64,000 bases of DNA from positions 32,001 to 96,000 of IMG/VR virus record IMGVR_UViG_3300035698_001735. One strand, written 5' to 3'. Numbering within the stretch: position 1 is the stretch's first letter; every line of letters begins with the position of its first letter. The notes under the pieces are model-generated. The model did not search any database, was not told the DNA's origin, and saw only the letters and a program-made list of their open reading frames with translations. Shown piece by piece: positions 1-9,702 of this stretch. Source of the stretch: a virus. A program made the position numbers and the translations under genes.

Positions 1-1
1 T

Positions 2-145
2 ACAGTAGTAGTCGACGGTCACGGCGTTGATGCAGCAACATTGCAAGCACGCTTGCAACACCTAGGCGCCACTGTTGGCCCAAACGACATTGATCTTTTA
101 GGAACTACTGTTGAGATCGCGGGTGCGCTCGTAGCTACGGCTTAA
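2..145 (+). CDS. 3' end of a gene running in from the left edge (probable late/virion protein)
   Basis: Open frame TVVVDGHGVDAATLQARLQHLG...ATA* to TAA at 143-145, followed by a terminator. Confidence 0.55.
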   Translation, partial: TVVVDGHGVDAATLQARLQHLGATVGPNDIDLLGTTVEIAGALVATA

Positions 146-165
146 GTTTAGTTTAAAGCAAAACC

Positions 166-198
166 AAAAAGGGTTCATATCTTATATGAACCCTTTTT
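166..198 (+). terminator. Intrinsic terminator (possibly bidirectional)
   Basis: AAAAAGGGTTCATAT-CTT-ATATGAACCCTTTTTT inverted repeat with A/T tails. Confidence 0.8.
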
Positions 199-217
199 TA
201 ATGACTTAAATACCAGT

Positions 218-604
218 ATGAAAATAAAAATAAAAACGTTAATAGACATCACAAACACCGGAGCACGCCGCGGCGAAACTCCTCACCGTATGAACCAACA
301 GCAGAATTATCTAACGTTTTTACAAACGCTTGGGTTACGGTCTAACTTTGACATAGACGAGTATCCAACAGTTGACAAAGAAACTACAAAAGACTTTGGT
401 TCTAATTACAAAGGCAGACAAAACGTTTGGACAGTAGTAGTTGACCTTCCGTTCGAAGGTGCATTAACGGAAGACATGCTGTTGGATGACTTCGACCTGG
501 TGCCTTTTATATCAAATCTTGACGAAACAGTTAAATTTCACACAGAAGCATTCAGTACAACTGACAACACTGAGTTAAACATTCGATTCCTTACTATCGA
601 ATAA
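218..604 (+). CDS. Hypothetical late protein
   Basis: 128-aa ORF directly after TAAATA late-promoter core. Confidence 0.75.
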   Translation: MKIKIKTLIDITNTGARRGETPHRMNQQQNYLTFLQTLGLRSNFDIDEYPTVDKETTKDFGSNYKGRQNVWTVVVDLPFEGALTEDMLLDDFDLVPFISNLDETVKFHTEAFSTTDNTELNIRFLTIE

Positions 605-672
605 ATACACTTAGCAGTACGAAAGTACACAGGTATATGCATTATATCGGTAACAAATTAAAGGGATAATAT

Positions 673-897
673 ATGTCAATTGAGAATGAAAGCTTAGAAG
701 CCCACGTAGAGTTGTGTACACTTCGGTACGACAACCTTGAAAGAAGGCTTGCAGCTATAGAAGCGAAAGTTGAGACTGTGCATTTTGATATACAAGCAGG
801 CAATAAGTCGGTAATGAAGGTTATTATCGGCGCTACGGGTACGATCGTTGCTGGTCTACTCTCCACCATCGTAGTTCTGCTAGTTAGCTTTACATAA
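673..897 (+). CDS. Small coiled-coil protein with C-terminal TM helix (holin/XhlA-like candidate)
   Basis: Heptad segment then hydrophobic VIIGATGTIVAGLLSTIVVLLV. Confidence 0.6.
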   Translation: MSIENESLEAHVELCTLRYDNLERRLAAIEAKVETVHFDIQAGNKSVMKVIIGATGTIVAGLLSTIVVLLVSFT

Positions 898-905
898 ATA
901 TAGGT

Positions 906-1178
906 ATGTTACTTCGAGAGCTTACAGAACGGCAAGTATGGGCAAAGTCCGGTACTAAGCTAGTCCGCAAATATCGTTGCTCTTCAGGAGCACGTAAGGG
1001 CAGGAACGTCGCTAAGATGTCACAATGCTTTGCTGCTCCTAATCAGAAGCGCAGGATGTCCATGAAGAAGACCAGAGCAAGACTTGGGTCAAAAATGGTA
1101 CGTAAGGCAAAACGAACTAAAAGGCTGAATCCGGTTTCAAAGCGAGTGAAGACGTTAAATAAGAGTAGGAACAGATGA
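906..1178 (+). CDS. Very basic late protein, paralog of 1175-1495
   Basis: CATAAATA upstream; W..KYRC.SG.RKGR.VAK...C.AP motif shared with next ORF. Confidence 0.75.
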   Translation: MLLRELTERQVWAKSGTKLVRKYRCSSGARKGRNVAKMSQCFAAPNQKRRMSMKKTRARLGSKMVRKAKRTKRLNPVSKRVKTLNKSRNR

Positions 1179-1495
1179 GAGCAGTAGAATTTTTACAAGA
1201 AGCAACCAACCAAACATGGGGCCGAACCGGAAATACAACAACTCGTAAGTATCGTTGCACTTCCGGACACAGAAAAGGCCGAGTTGTTGCAAAAGCTGCA
1301 ACATGTACTGCTCCGCTAAACCAAAAGAAATCACAGTCGTTAAAGCGTACAAGAGGTCGCTTAGGCGGCAAGCAAGCAGTGAACCGCGCTCGTACTATTC
1401 GGTCAAACGCAGCGACAAAACGTCTAACAACGTCTAACAAAAGTCATAAGAAGTTTAGTAATAATCGAACTTCGAGGTTAAAAACAAGACGATGA
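1175..1495 (+). CDS. Very basic late protein, paralog of 906-1178
   Basis: Shared motif; ATGA overlap with neighbours. Confidence 0.75.
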   Translation: MRAVEFLQEATNQTWGRTGNTTTRKYRCTSGHRKGRVVAKAATCTAPLNQKKSQSLKRTRGRLGGKQAVNRARTIRSNAATKRLTTSNKSHKKFSNNRTSRLKTRR

Positions 1496-1968
1496 GAGTA
1501 GACGAGGTAGTACCAGCCGTTGCAGCAGGATTGCGTAGTGCTGCTGCCAAGACCAAAAAAACTATTGCTAATAGCGCAGCAAAGAAAGTCGCAGGAGTAG
1601 GCGGCGACAGGCAAACTCGACCAACTGGATCCCCGGCGATAAAACCAAACACAGGTGACTTTGGTAAAGCAGGTGGATTTACTGAACCGTCCAACACATC
1701 GAATGCGCCTGCTTCACAAACTCCTACAGGCACAACCGGCCAACGACAGCAGACCATGGGCGCCGATGACGCAATGGATGATAAACAACTACAAGATCTT
1801 ATGAAACAAAAAGAGATTGCAGTTGGTGGTTCTAAGGTTAAGTTCAAAGGACCAATGGGCAAGAAGCTTAAAGTTGACATTAACGGAATGCCGGCTATGA
1901 TAGATAAGGACGCGCTAGCGTCTCAACTAGCAGCAGAATACGGAGTAGCTGGCAATGAAAATAAATGA
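1492..1968 (+). CDS. Hypothetical low-complexity protein
   Basis: Translationally coupled ORF in late operon. Confidence 0.65.
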   Translation: MRVDEVVPAVAAGLRSAAAKTKKTIANSAAKKVAGVGGDRQTRPTGSPAIKPNTGDFGKAGGFTEPSNTSNAPASQTPTGTTGQRQQTMGADDAMDDKQLQDLMKQKEIAVGGSKVKFKGPMGKKLKVDINGMPAMIDKDALASQLAAEYGVAGNENK

Positions 1969-2161
1969 TATAATGGGCAGCTTTAGTATTGCCCTTAGTA
2001 ACGAAGAAAGTCAAATACTTGAAGGTATGCCCGAATCAGTAATGCCATTGGATTCTTTTCCAGAACGCGAACAAACCATTATTGAGAACTTAGTTAGGAA
2101 GAGTCTTATAAGTAAGATTGTCCATAAAGGGCGCACTTTGGTAGTAAGGAATGATCAATAA
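1955..2161 (+). CDS. Hypothetical protein
   Basis: Coupled ORF in operon. Confidence 0.65.
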   Translation: MKINDIMGSFSIALSNEESQILEGMPESVMPLDSFPEREQTIIENLVRKSLISKIVHKGRTLVVRNDQ

Positions 2162-2570
2162 AGCACTTTTAGCAGAATTTGAACAACTATTGCTTGAAAA
2201 CTTAGAGAAAGCAAACTTTCCCTGTGTGCGTGGCAATAGCATTCGCATTGGTGCAATGATTGTGCGGTCAAATAAACGAGGACACTTAGTCTACAATACA
2301 AACGGCAATGTTCAAGTGGCTAGTATGTTTAGTAAAGCAGCAGCAGTAGCACTAGCCCGAACAATGGCCGATGGCAAAGACCACTTAAAGAAGATACGAG
2401 AGATTGACGACGATATTGCAAAGTACTATTCCGAAGCAATCTTTTATAAACATAACTTAGATCGCACTACTGACGAGTTCCGTCGTTGTGTATTAGAAAC
2501 ACGCTATGATATAGCAAAAGCGCACACTAGCGAAGCAAAATACCGCCTCGACAGTTATATATTTGATTAA
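2151..2570 (+). CDS. Hypothetical protein
   Basis: Coupled ORF with AAGGA SD. Confidence 0.7.
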   Translation: MINKALLAEFEQLLLENLEKANFPCVRGNSIRIGAMIVRSNKRGHLVYNTNGNVQVASMFSKAAAVALARTMADGKDHLKKIREIDDDIAKYYSEAIFYKHNLDRTTDEFRRCVLETRYDIAKAHTSEAKYRLDSYIFD

Positions 2571-2620
2571 ATTAATATAAATAACAGTAGAGAGTCATTT
2601 CAACAAACAGGGATAAAATA

Positions 2621-3976
2621 ATGAGAATCGGAGAAATTTCAAATAAAGTAACAGCAAAGTCACTCAATGAGAGTCTTGCTAAAAGGTTTAACAAGAAGAT
2701 AGATCTTGAAGGATTTACTAATGAAAACCTAGAAAATGCAAGAAACAAGTTGCGCACTCAGCTATCACAAATTGAAACTAACGAAAGCTTTGATGCTGTT
2801 GGTGACGAAAGATATCAGCAGTCGAAATTGTTTCTTGATGTATTAAATGCAGAGATTAAAGAACGTGCAGAAGTTGACACAGAATCGCTTCGCAAGTCTA
2901 AAAGCAAGTCAAAGAAATATCGCCACGGACGAGGACGTTTTTCTAAGGGACACACGGGAATGGAATCATCTCCGGAAATGGAAGCTACTACGAAAAAAGA
3001 CCATCCGTTAAAATTAACAGCCGAAAAATTAGCTACTATAAGTGACCTTCCGACTGCTAAGCAAGTTGCTGCTGACGCAATTTCTGCGTTGGAAATGAAC
3101 GACAAGAAGAAAGCTAAGTTTTTAAATAACGTAGAGAAATCAAAGAATGTAATGAACCTTGTAACTATGATGTATAACATGATACTCTCAGCATCAGGCG
3201 ACGGCGTTGTCTCTAGTAACTGGAACGACAGCGTAGATAACAACGAAGCCACTGGCGACGAATGGCGAGAAAGCTACGCTCGTGTTATTGAAGGGATTAA
3301 ATCTAACAAAGCATTTAGTAAATCACTAAATGAGCAAAGCGGTAAGTTTCTTAAAGAAGGCGAAGAAGACAAAGCCGAGCTAGTAATGGCAGCAAAAGAC
3401 ATGGTTGACCGGCTAACAGGTTGGATGGAAGACACTGCTGAGATGCAAACAGAATCGATGCTAGAACTAGCTGATGCTATACGCGACGAGTACGGAGCCG
3501 ACCAATCTGAGAAGTTTACCGGAACTGTTAAACCATCGCTTGATGAACTTTACTCAGCAATGGAATCAACTCGTGTTGTATTAACACACGGTGTTGGCTT
3601 GCTAACAGGCGAAGCTGATGCAATGGGCGTAATGGGCGATGACGATCCGCTGGATGACACTGACGGAATGGATAACATGGATGACATGGAGCCAACAGCT
3701 GACATGGATGCAGAAGCAGGCTTAGACATGGACGACGAGTTTGGTGCAGCAGGCGCAGCAGCAGGCGGCGAAGAAGAAGCCGGTCGCATGAAACGCGAAA
3801 GCCGCGAAAACACTAGACGATTACATAAGATCATGGCATCGGAAGGCAAGGCTAAAAAAGGCAAGAAGCCAGACTTCTTAGATGTTGACAAAGACGGTGA
3901 TAAAAAAGAACCGTTTAAAAAAGCAGTAGCTGATAAGAAAAAGAAGCCTGTTGCGAAAAAATCAAAAAAAAAGTAA
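2621..3976 (+). CDS. Acidic/helical late protein, probable prohead core/scaffold-type internal head protein
   Basis: TATAAATA at 2576-2583; many L/I-x-E sites, acidic tract, DVDKDGDKKEP motif and basic tail; function is inference. Confidence 0.55.
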   Translation: MRIGEISNKVTAKSLNESLAKRFNKKIDLEGFTNENLENARNKLRTQLSQIETNESFDAVGDERYQQSKLFLDVLNAEIKERAEVDTESLRKSKSKSKKYRHGRGRFSKGHTGMESSPEMEATTKKDHPLKLTAEKLATISDLPTAKQVAADAISALEMNDKKKAKFLNNVEKSKNVMNLVTMMYNMILSASGDGVVSSNWNDSVDNNEATGDEWRESYARVIEGIKSNKAFSKSLNEQSGKFLKEGEEDKAELVMAAKDMVDRLTGWMEDTAEMQTESMLELADAIRDEYGADQSEKFTGTVKPSLDELYSAMESTRVVLTHGVGLLTGEADAMGVMGDDDPLDDTDGMDNMDDMEPTADMDAEAGLDMDDEFGAAGAAAGGEEEAGRMKRESRENTRRLHKIMASEGKAKKGKKPDFLDVDKDGDKKEPFKKAVADKKKKPVAKKSKKK

Positions 3977-4011
3977 AAGAAGCAGCTAGCGATTCGGCTA
4001 GAGAAGTTGGA

Positions 4012-4308
4012 ATGCAAACTTTCAACGTCCTTAAAGCGCTTGTACCTATGAAGGGCGAGCGCAAACTTCCGCTAGATAAACTAAATCATTTCATGGCACG
4101 GAACAATGTGCCACAGTTTACCTACGAAACCTTAGCAGCACTATACGATTCTAATGTAGCGATGCAGAACATTGTTGCAGACTTCAACAAAGAAACAATC
4201 ACCCTAAGCAAAGACAAAGCTGACGTTGCTCCTACCGACGACTTAGGCGGTAGTGCTGACACAGTAAAGAACATGGCAAAGAACGCAACCGATTTAAGTG
4301 ATCTCTAA
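4012..4308 (+). CDS. Hypothetical protein
   Basis: 98-aa ORF filling the gap to the next promoter. Confidence 0.6.
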   Translation: MQTFNVLKALVPMKGERKLPLDKLNHFMARNNVPQFTYETLAALYDSNVAMQNIVADFNKETITLSKDKADVAPTDDLGGSADTVKNMAKNATDLSDL

Positions 4309-4310
4309 GA

Positions 4311-4339
4311 TTGACAGGTTAGCCGTTTCGTAGTATAAT
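4311..4339 (+). promoter_or_regulatory. Sigma70 consensus promoter, probably giving a leaderless mRNA
   Basis: TTGACA-17 nt-TATAAT; ATG starts 7 nt after the -10 box, no SD. Confidence 0.8.
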
Positions 4340-4345
4340 TACTGC

Positions 4346-5029
4346 ATGACATTACTAATTGAAAAATACGAGTACAAAAAACTAAGCAGAGCAGAAGATT
4401 CAAACGGAAAGAGGCAATACCTTACTCCGTTAGGAAATTCTGTCGCCTCTGTTACCACTATACTAGATGCAACAGCAGACAAGTCAGGGCTCGAACGTTG
4501 GCGCAGAAGTGTCGGCGAAGCTAAAGCTAAAGAGATTGTAACCGAAGCAGCTAACCGCGGTACACGCATGCACAAGTATCTCGAAGACTACGTAGACTAT
4601 GGTGTGTTTCCTAAGTGCGGCTCTAATCCTTACGCAAAACAAGCGCACGGCATGGCAGAAATTATTCGCGACAATGCGCTCGTAGACATGGATGAGATCT
4701 GGGGCTCGGAGTCTACGCTGTTTGTTGAGCAGATATATGCAGGCACTACTGACATAGTAGGTGTGTATAAGGGCAATGACTCAATATGCGACTTTAAGCA
4801 AACTAATAAACCCAAGAAGGAAGAATGGGTACAAGACTATTATTTGCAAATGGTGATGTACGGAATGGCCCATAATGACATGTATGGTACTAACATTAGA
4901 GAAGGGCATGTGTTTATGTGCTCTAAAGATGGATTGTATCAACAGTTTGATGTATGGCCTGATCAATGGGATGCTAAGTGTCACGAAGCATGGGACCGAA
5001 TTCACACATATTATAGTAAGTTTACATAA
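4346..5029 (+). CDS. PD-(D/E)XK exonuclease (Cas4/RecB-like phage exonuclease)
   Basis: SVTTIL, RGTRMH, E, AGTTD, CDFKQ, DYYLQMVMY motifs. Confidence 0.85.
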   Translation: MTLLIEKYEYKKLSRAEDSNGKRQYLTPLGNSVASVTTILDATADKSGLERWRRSVGEAKAKEIVTEAANRGTRMHKYLEDYVDYGVFPKCGSNPYAKQAHGMAEIIRDNALVDMDEIWGSESTLFVEQIYAGTTDIVGVYKGNDSICDFKQTNKPKKEEWVQDYYLQMVMYGMAHNDMYGTNIREGHVFMCSKDGLYQQFDVWPDQWDAKCHEAWDRIHTYYSKFT

Positions 5030-5067
5030 ATACTTGTTGTGAGCAACTGCATACGCAAGGAAATTAT

Positions 5068-5997
5068 ATGTACTATATTTACGAATTATGGGAAACAAAA
5101 ACTAATACACCGATATACGTCGGATACAGTAACCAAAATAGACAGGGCAAAAGAAAAAGATTCGAATACCATTTGCACGAATCTTTGCGTTTTGAACAAG
5201 GAAAGATTACAAACACCCACAAGCTAAACAAATATAAGATTAACGTAATACTACAAGTTATAAACGAAGGATTTGAAATTATCTACCGATTCCCTTACGA
5301 CAACCTTAATTACAAAGACGCATGTGACAGAGAACGCGAGTTAATTAAAAAGTACGGTAGGCGGTGTATTGGAACCGGAACACTTACTAACATAGACGAA
5401 GGTGGTAGGGGTGGCAGAACATTAGCTGATGAAACAAAACAAAAAATAAGTGAGGCACTTAAAGGCAGGGCCTCACCTCTTAAAGGGAGGGCAGTAGGCC
5501 CGTACTCAGAAGAAAGAATACAAGCTGCAAAGGCCGGAGTTAATGTATTTAATGCGTCGGAAGCAGGGAGACAAATTAGGCAATTAGCAGGCGAACAGAT
5601 AAAAGGCCGCGACCCTTGGAATAAAGGAAAAACAAAAGATACCGACCCTAGGATAGCGAAGTATGCCGAATACAAAACTGGGAAGGCTCGACCTGACATG
5701 GTAGGTAACATCCCCTGGAATAAAGGAAAAACAAAAGATAACAATAGTAAGTTACAGGACATGTCTAATAAGATAGCTGGAAGAATTCCATGGAATAACG
5801 GTAAAGAAACTGGCAACAAAGGTAAGTCCTACGAGGAGATTTACGGTGAGGAAGTTGCTGCTAAGATGAAAGCTGCTAGACGAGATTCTGCCTGGGTACA
5901 CGACAATACAGTGTCAAAGAAGATTAAGCTAAGTGAATTAACTGAATACCAAAAACAAGGGTGGACGCGCGGTCGCTTAATCCGCAAGAAGAAGTAA
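5068..5997 (+). mobile_element. Free-standing GIY-YIG-like homing endonuclease with NUMOD3/PWNKG repeats
   Basis: N-terminal YYIYEL...IYVG..R, LTN...GG.GG, ETKQKISEALKG, three PWNKG repeats; CATAAATA late promoter at ~5025. Confidence 0.8.
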
Positions 5998-6080
5998 TCT
6001 ATGCTTGACTTGCAAGAAGATTTACTATATACTGTGTATTAAATAAGTTTAGTTAGGTGCCACGGCACTAGACAACTAAC

Positions 6081-6240
6081 CCATAATGACATGTATGGTA
6101 CTAACATTAAAGAGGGGCATGTGTTTATGTGTTCTAAAGATGGCTTGTATCAGCAGTTTGATGTGTGGCCCGATCAGTTCGATTACTATGCAAATTTATG
6201 GTGGGATAGAGTACATGAATATTACAAAAACCACGCTTAA
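6081..6240 (+). pseudogene. Displaced duplicate of the exonuclease 3' end
   Basis: Encodes HNDMYGTNIKEGHVFMCSKDGLYQQFDVWPDQ...; near-identical to 4869-4966, then diverges to an alternative C-terminus. Confidence 0.85.
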
Positions 6241-6299
6241 CTTGTTAATAAATCGGGTCTGGTACGATAAATACTAGACTATAACAAGGAGAGTACAAA

Positions 6300-7925
6300 G
6301 TGGCCGTGATACAGATCAGCAAAATACAGCACCGAAGAGGACAAAAGAACCAAGGTTCGGGTATTCCTCAGCTTGCTAGTGGCGAGCTAGGGTGGGCTAT
6401 TGATGCCCAGGAACTATATATTGGTAATGGTGCTGTGTCTGAAGGAGCGCCATCGGTAGGAAATACGCAAGTGTTGACACAAAATTCTGATATATTTCAG
6501 TTCTTAGACGACTACGTTTACAAGCAAGACAGTGGCGTCGTGCAAACATCTGACTTTCCGTTAGCACCAATACAGCGTACATTACAAGAGCGACTAGACG
6601 AGCGTGTAACCATAAGAAGCTTCGGCGCGCTCGGCGACGCCACTGACCAGACTGTAAAGTTACAGCGTGCAATCGACCAACTATATCTTAACGCAGCAAC
6701 TAAAGGCAGTTACGGTTCGCGTGTTATATTAATCTTACCAGCAGGCGAGTACGTTATAAGTAGTACAATTTATGTACCGCCGTACATGACACTCCTTGGT
6801 GCAGGAATCGATAAAACTCTTATACGCGGCACAACAGCAAGTCCGTTATTTCAAACTGTTAACTCTTCTAGTACGCCGGGCGTGTACGCAGCAGACTCAA
6901 CTAGTACAACACTCAATCAAGCTAAGTTTATCAGAATGGAAGGTATGACACTTCGAACTATTGGCTTAGCTAAAGCACTCATATTACAGAGCTGCTCCGA
7001 CAGCCAATTCCGAGACCTAAAGGTTATGGGTGATTGGGCAAGCGAAGACGGCATTAGTACTAACTCAGTGGGATTTGAATTCAACGCACTCAGTACAGCC
7101 GTTAGTTCAAATCGTAACAATTTTCAGAACGTAACAGTTGAAGGATACAGTTACGCCGCGTTATCTGATTATGATATCACAGATAACTTGTTTGACACTA
7201 TGACATTTAATACATTAGGATACGGTGTTGCGTTTGGTGAAAACACAACATTGGGCAACTTAGGCCAGTCGACTGGACCATTGCGCAATAAGATAGTCAA
7301 TAGCGAATTTAGCAAGGTTAACAGGTCTGCTGTGTGGGTTAGTAACGGCAAGTACAATCTAAGTAAAGGTAACACTTATATTGACGTCGGCAACAACGGC
7401 GGTATTGAGTCCAATGCTACTTACGCAGTGTTGCAATTTGCCGATAAAAGTAATATTTCAGTAGCTGATTACTTTTCGAGAACATCTGCACTATCATATT
7501 CGCCAGATTTCATCACTGGCAATCCGTGTGTTCCTGAAATAGCAGGAACTGTAGTAGTTGACTCTGCGCACTTCCACGAAGTGACGTTGTCCTTTGCAGC
7601 TACTACAACTCGATTATTCAAGCTGCCGGCTGATTCGAATAAATCGTATCGTATAGAGTATCATTATAAGAGCACAGCAGTAACAGCTAGCCGAAGTGGC
7701 GTAATTGACGTTAACGTAGATTTTGATAACAGTGTAACTACTATTGTAGATGACTATAACTACAATGGCGATGCTGCATTTTCTACCAATCTAAAATTTC
7801 AAAGTAACTTGACAGATGAAGATTCTAATAGTATAATGGACACATTAGACATTACATATACTAATCCAACAGCTTCTGACCAAGCAACTCTGTTGTTTAA
7901 GGTTACAACATTTAGTATAGCATAA
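6300..7925 (+). CDS. Virion structural protein, tail fibre/spike-like with beta-helix (pectate-lyase-like) domain
   Basis: N-terminal IQHRRG..LASGELGWA..LYIGNG; FGALGD.TDQT.KLQRAID..LPAGEY beta-helix cap; late promoter and AGGAG SD. Confidence 0.75.
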   Translation: MAVIQISKIQHRRGQKNQGSGIPQLASGELGWAIDAQELYIGNGAVSEGAPSVGNTQVLTQNSDIFQFLDDYVYKQDSGVVQTSDFPLAPIQRTLQERLDERVTIRSFGALGDATDQTVKLQRAIDQLYLNAATKGSYGSRVILILPAGEYVISSTIYVPPYMTLLGAGIDKTLIRGTTASPLFQTVNSSSTPGVYAADSTSTTLNQAKFIRMEGMTLRTIGLAKALILQSCSDSQFRDLKVMGDWASEDGISTNSVGFEFNALSTAVSSNRNNFQNVTVEGYSYAALSDYDITDNLFDTMTFNTLGYGVAFGENTTLGNLGQSTGPLRNKIVNSEFSKVNRSAVWVSNGKYNLSKGNTYIDVGNNGGIESNATYAVLQFADKSNISVADYFSRTSALSYSPDFITGNPCVPEIAGTVVVDSAHFHEVTLSFAATTTRLFKLPADSNKSYRIEYHYKSTAVTASRSGVIDVNVDFDNSVTTIVDDYNYNGDAAFSTNLKFQSNLTDEDSNSIMDTLDITYTNPTASDQATLLFKVTTFSIA

Positions 7926-8013
7926 TAACAATAATAACTAGTTCAGATGAGACTACTGTGGTTACCCAACCACAGTAAATAGCACACAATCAAAAACAAG
8001 CCAAGGAGAAAAG

Positions 8014-9642
8014 ATGTCTAACGGAATAATGATCATTAAGTGGAGCGGCGAGAAAGTCCCACTTAATATCGACAAGATACACTTTGTCGTACAAGAAGCG
8101 TGCGAAGGATTAGCAGGCGTAAGTAGTTCACAAATAGAAATGAATGCCAACATACAGTTTTATGACGGCATGACAACAAAAGAAATTCAAGAAATATTGA
8201 TCCGTTCAGCAAATGATCTTATCTCATTAGATAACCCAAATTATCAATTTGCAGCAGCGCGTCTACTATTATACGGAATTTACAAGGAAGTTTTCGGTCG
8301 TTATCAAAGTATTCCGTTACTTGATTTAATTAACACCAACGTAAACCGCAAAGTGTATGATAAATCAATCTTAGATTCGTACACTCCTGAAGAGTTTGCA
8401 AAACTTGACAGTTATATTAACCATAATCGCGACGAGAACTTTACCTACGCTGGGCTAAGACAAGTAGTTGACAAATATCTTATCCAAGATCGCAGCACCG
8501 GACAGCTATTTGAAACACCTCAGTATATGTATATGATGATTGCTGCGACTTTATTTGCTAAATACCCAAGCGATCAGCGGTTACAGTATGTTAAGAGATA
8601 CTACGATGCGACTTCACTTTTTAAAATCAACATACCTACGCCAGTCATGGCCGGTGTCCGTACTCCTATTCGCCAGTTTGCTAGTTGCGTCCTTGTTGAT
8701 AGCGATGATACTTTGGATAGTATTTTTGCCTCTGATATGGCAATTGGTCGTTACACGGCGCAAAGAGCGGGGATTGGATATAATTCCGGACGGATAAGAG
8801 GAGTAAACTCTAGGATTAGAGGCGGAGAAGTTGCGCACACAGGCGTAGTTCCGTTCCTTAAGAAAACAGAAGCTACGGTCAGGTGTTGTACGCAGAACGG
8901 AGTCAGGGGTGGAAGCGCTACGGTGCATTTTCCTTTTTGGCATCAAGAAATAGAAGACATCCTTGTGTTGAAGAACAACAAAGGAACCGACGACAATCGT
9001 GTACGTAAGTTAGACTATTCAATACAACTTAACAGAACCATGTACGAACGGCTGCTAAGTGGCGGAGACATTACTTTGTTTAGTCCGCATGACGTTCCGG
9101 GCCTATACGAAGCATACTTTGGCGAAGCAACTAAGTTTCAAGAGCTATACGAAAAGTACGAACGAGCTACTTCAATTAAGAAGCGCAAGATTCCTGCGAT
9201 GGAATTGTTTTCTGCGTTAATTAAGGAACGTGCAGAAACCGGTCGTATCTATATAATGAACGTAGACCACTGTAATACTCACTCTTCGTTTAAAGATAAA
9301 GTGTACATGTCAAACCTTTGTCTAGCAGGCAATACGCCAGTTAAGGCAATAATTAACGATGCTGAATGCACTGTTAGTCTTGATGAATTAGATGCCGAGT
9401 ATAAGAAAGGATCTAAAATCGAAGTGCTATCGTTTAATCTCGAGACAAGCGCAGCCGAATATAAGAAAGTAACAGACAGTGCTATGATGTCAAGCAACGC
9501 AAAAGTAATGGAAATTACCGACGGTGTTAGCGGTCAGACTATTGTGTGTACTCCTGAACATAAAATCTATACTAAAAATAGAGGATATGTAATGGCTAAA
9601 GATCTTACAGAAAATGACGAGTTAGGATATATTAAATTTTAG
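8014..9642 (+). CDS. nrdA: Ribonucleotide reductase class Ia alpha subunit, N-terminal part, fused to N-intein
   Basis: ATP cone, PTPVMAG, QFASCVL, CCTQNGVRGG, ..MSNL then intein CLAGNT..CTPEHKIYTKNRGYVMAKDL. Confidence 0.95.
   Translation: MSNGIMIIKWSGEKVPLNIDKIHFVVQEACEGLAGVSSSQIEMNANIQFYDGMTTKEIQEILIRSANDLISLDNPNYQFAAARLLLYGIYKEVFGRYQSIPLLDLINTNVNRKVYDKSILDSYTPEEFAKLDSYINHNRDENFTYAGLRQVVDKYLIQDRSTGQLFETPQYMYMMIAATLFAKYPSDQRLQYVKRYYDATSLFKINIPTPVMAGVRTPIRQFASCVLVDSDDTLDSIFASDMAIGRYTAQRAGIGYNSGRIRGVNSRIRGGEVAHTGVVPFLKKTEATVRCCTQNGVRGGSATVHFPFWHQEIEDILVLKNNKGTDDNRVRKLDYSIQLNRTMYERLLSGGDITLFSPHDVPGLYEAYFGEATKFQELYEKYERATSIKKRKIPAMELFSALIKERAETGRIYIMNVDHCNTHSSFKDKVYMSNLCLAGNTPVKAIINDAECTVSLDELDAEYKKGSKIEVLSFNLETSAAEYKKVTDSAMMSSNAKVMEITDGVSGQTIVCTPEHKIYTKNRGYVMAKDLTENDELGYIKF
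9319..9639 (+). mobile_element. Split intein N-half (107 aa)
   Basis: Block A CLAGNT and block B CTPEHK, ends at stop codon. Confidence 0.9.
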
Positions 9643-9649
9643 AAGTATG

Positions 9650-9702
9650 CCATGAAACTACTCTTTTCACATAAATAAACACATAGAAGGAGTAGTTCAT
9701 GG
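9650..9702 (+). promoter_or_regulatory. Late promoter in the loop of an RBS-sequestering hairpin
   Basis: CCATGAAACTACTCTTTT pairs with GAAGGAGTAGTTCATGG; CATAAATA lies between the arms. Confidence 0.75.

Noticed and set aside
4346..5029. Cas4 as part of a CRISPR system
   Set aside because: Solo PD-(D/E)XK exonuclease lacking the Cas4 Fe-S cysteine cluster; typical phage gene
5613..5740. Direct repeat CC(T/C)TGGAATAAAGGAAAAACAAAAGATA
   Set aside because: Simply encodes PWNKGKTKD DNA-binding repeats of the endonuclease
6086..6277. 63-aa ORF
   Set aside because: Wrong frame of the duplicated exonuclease 3' fragment
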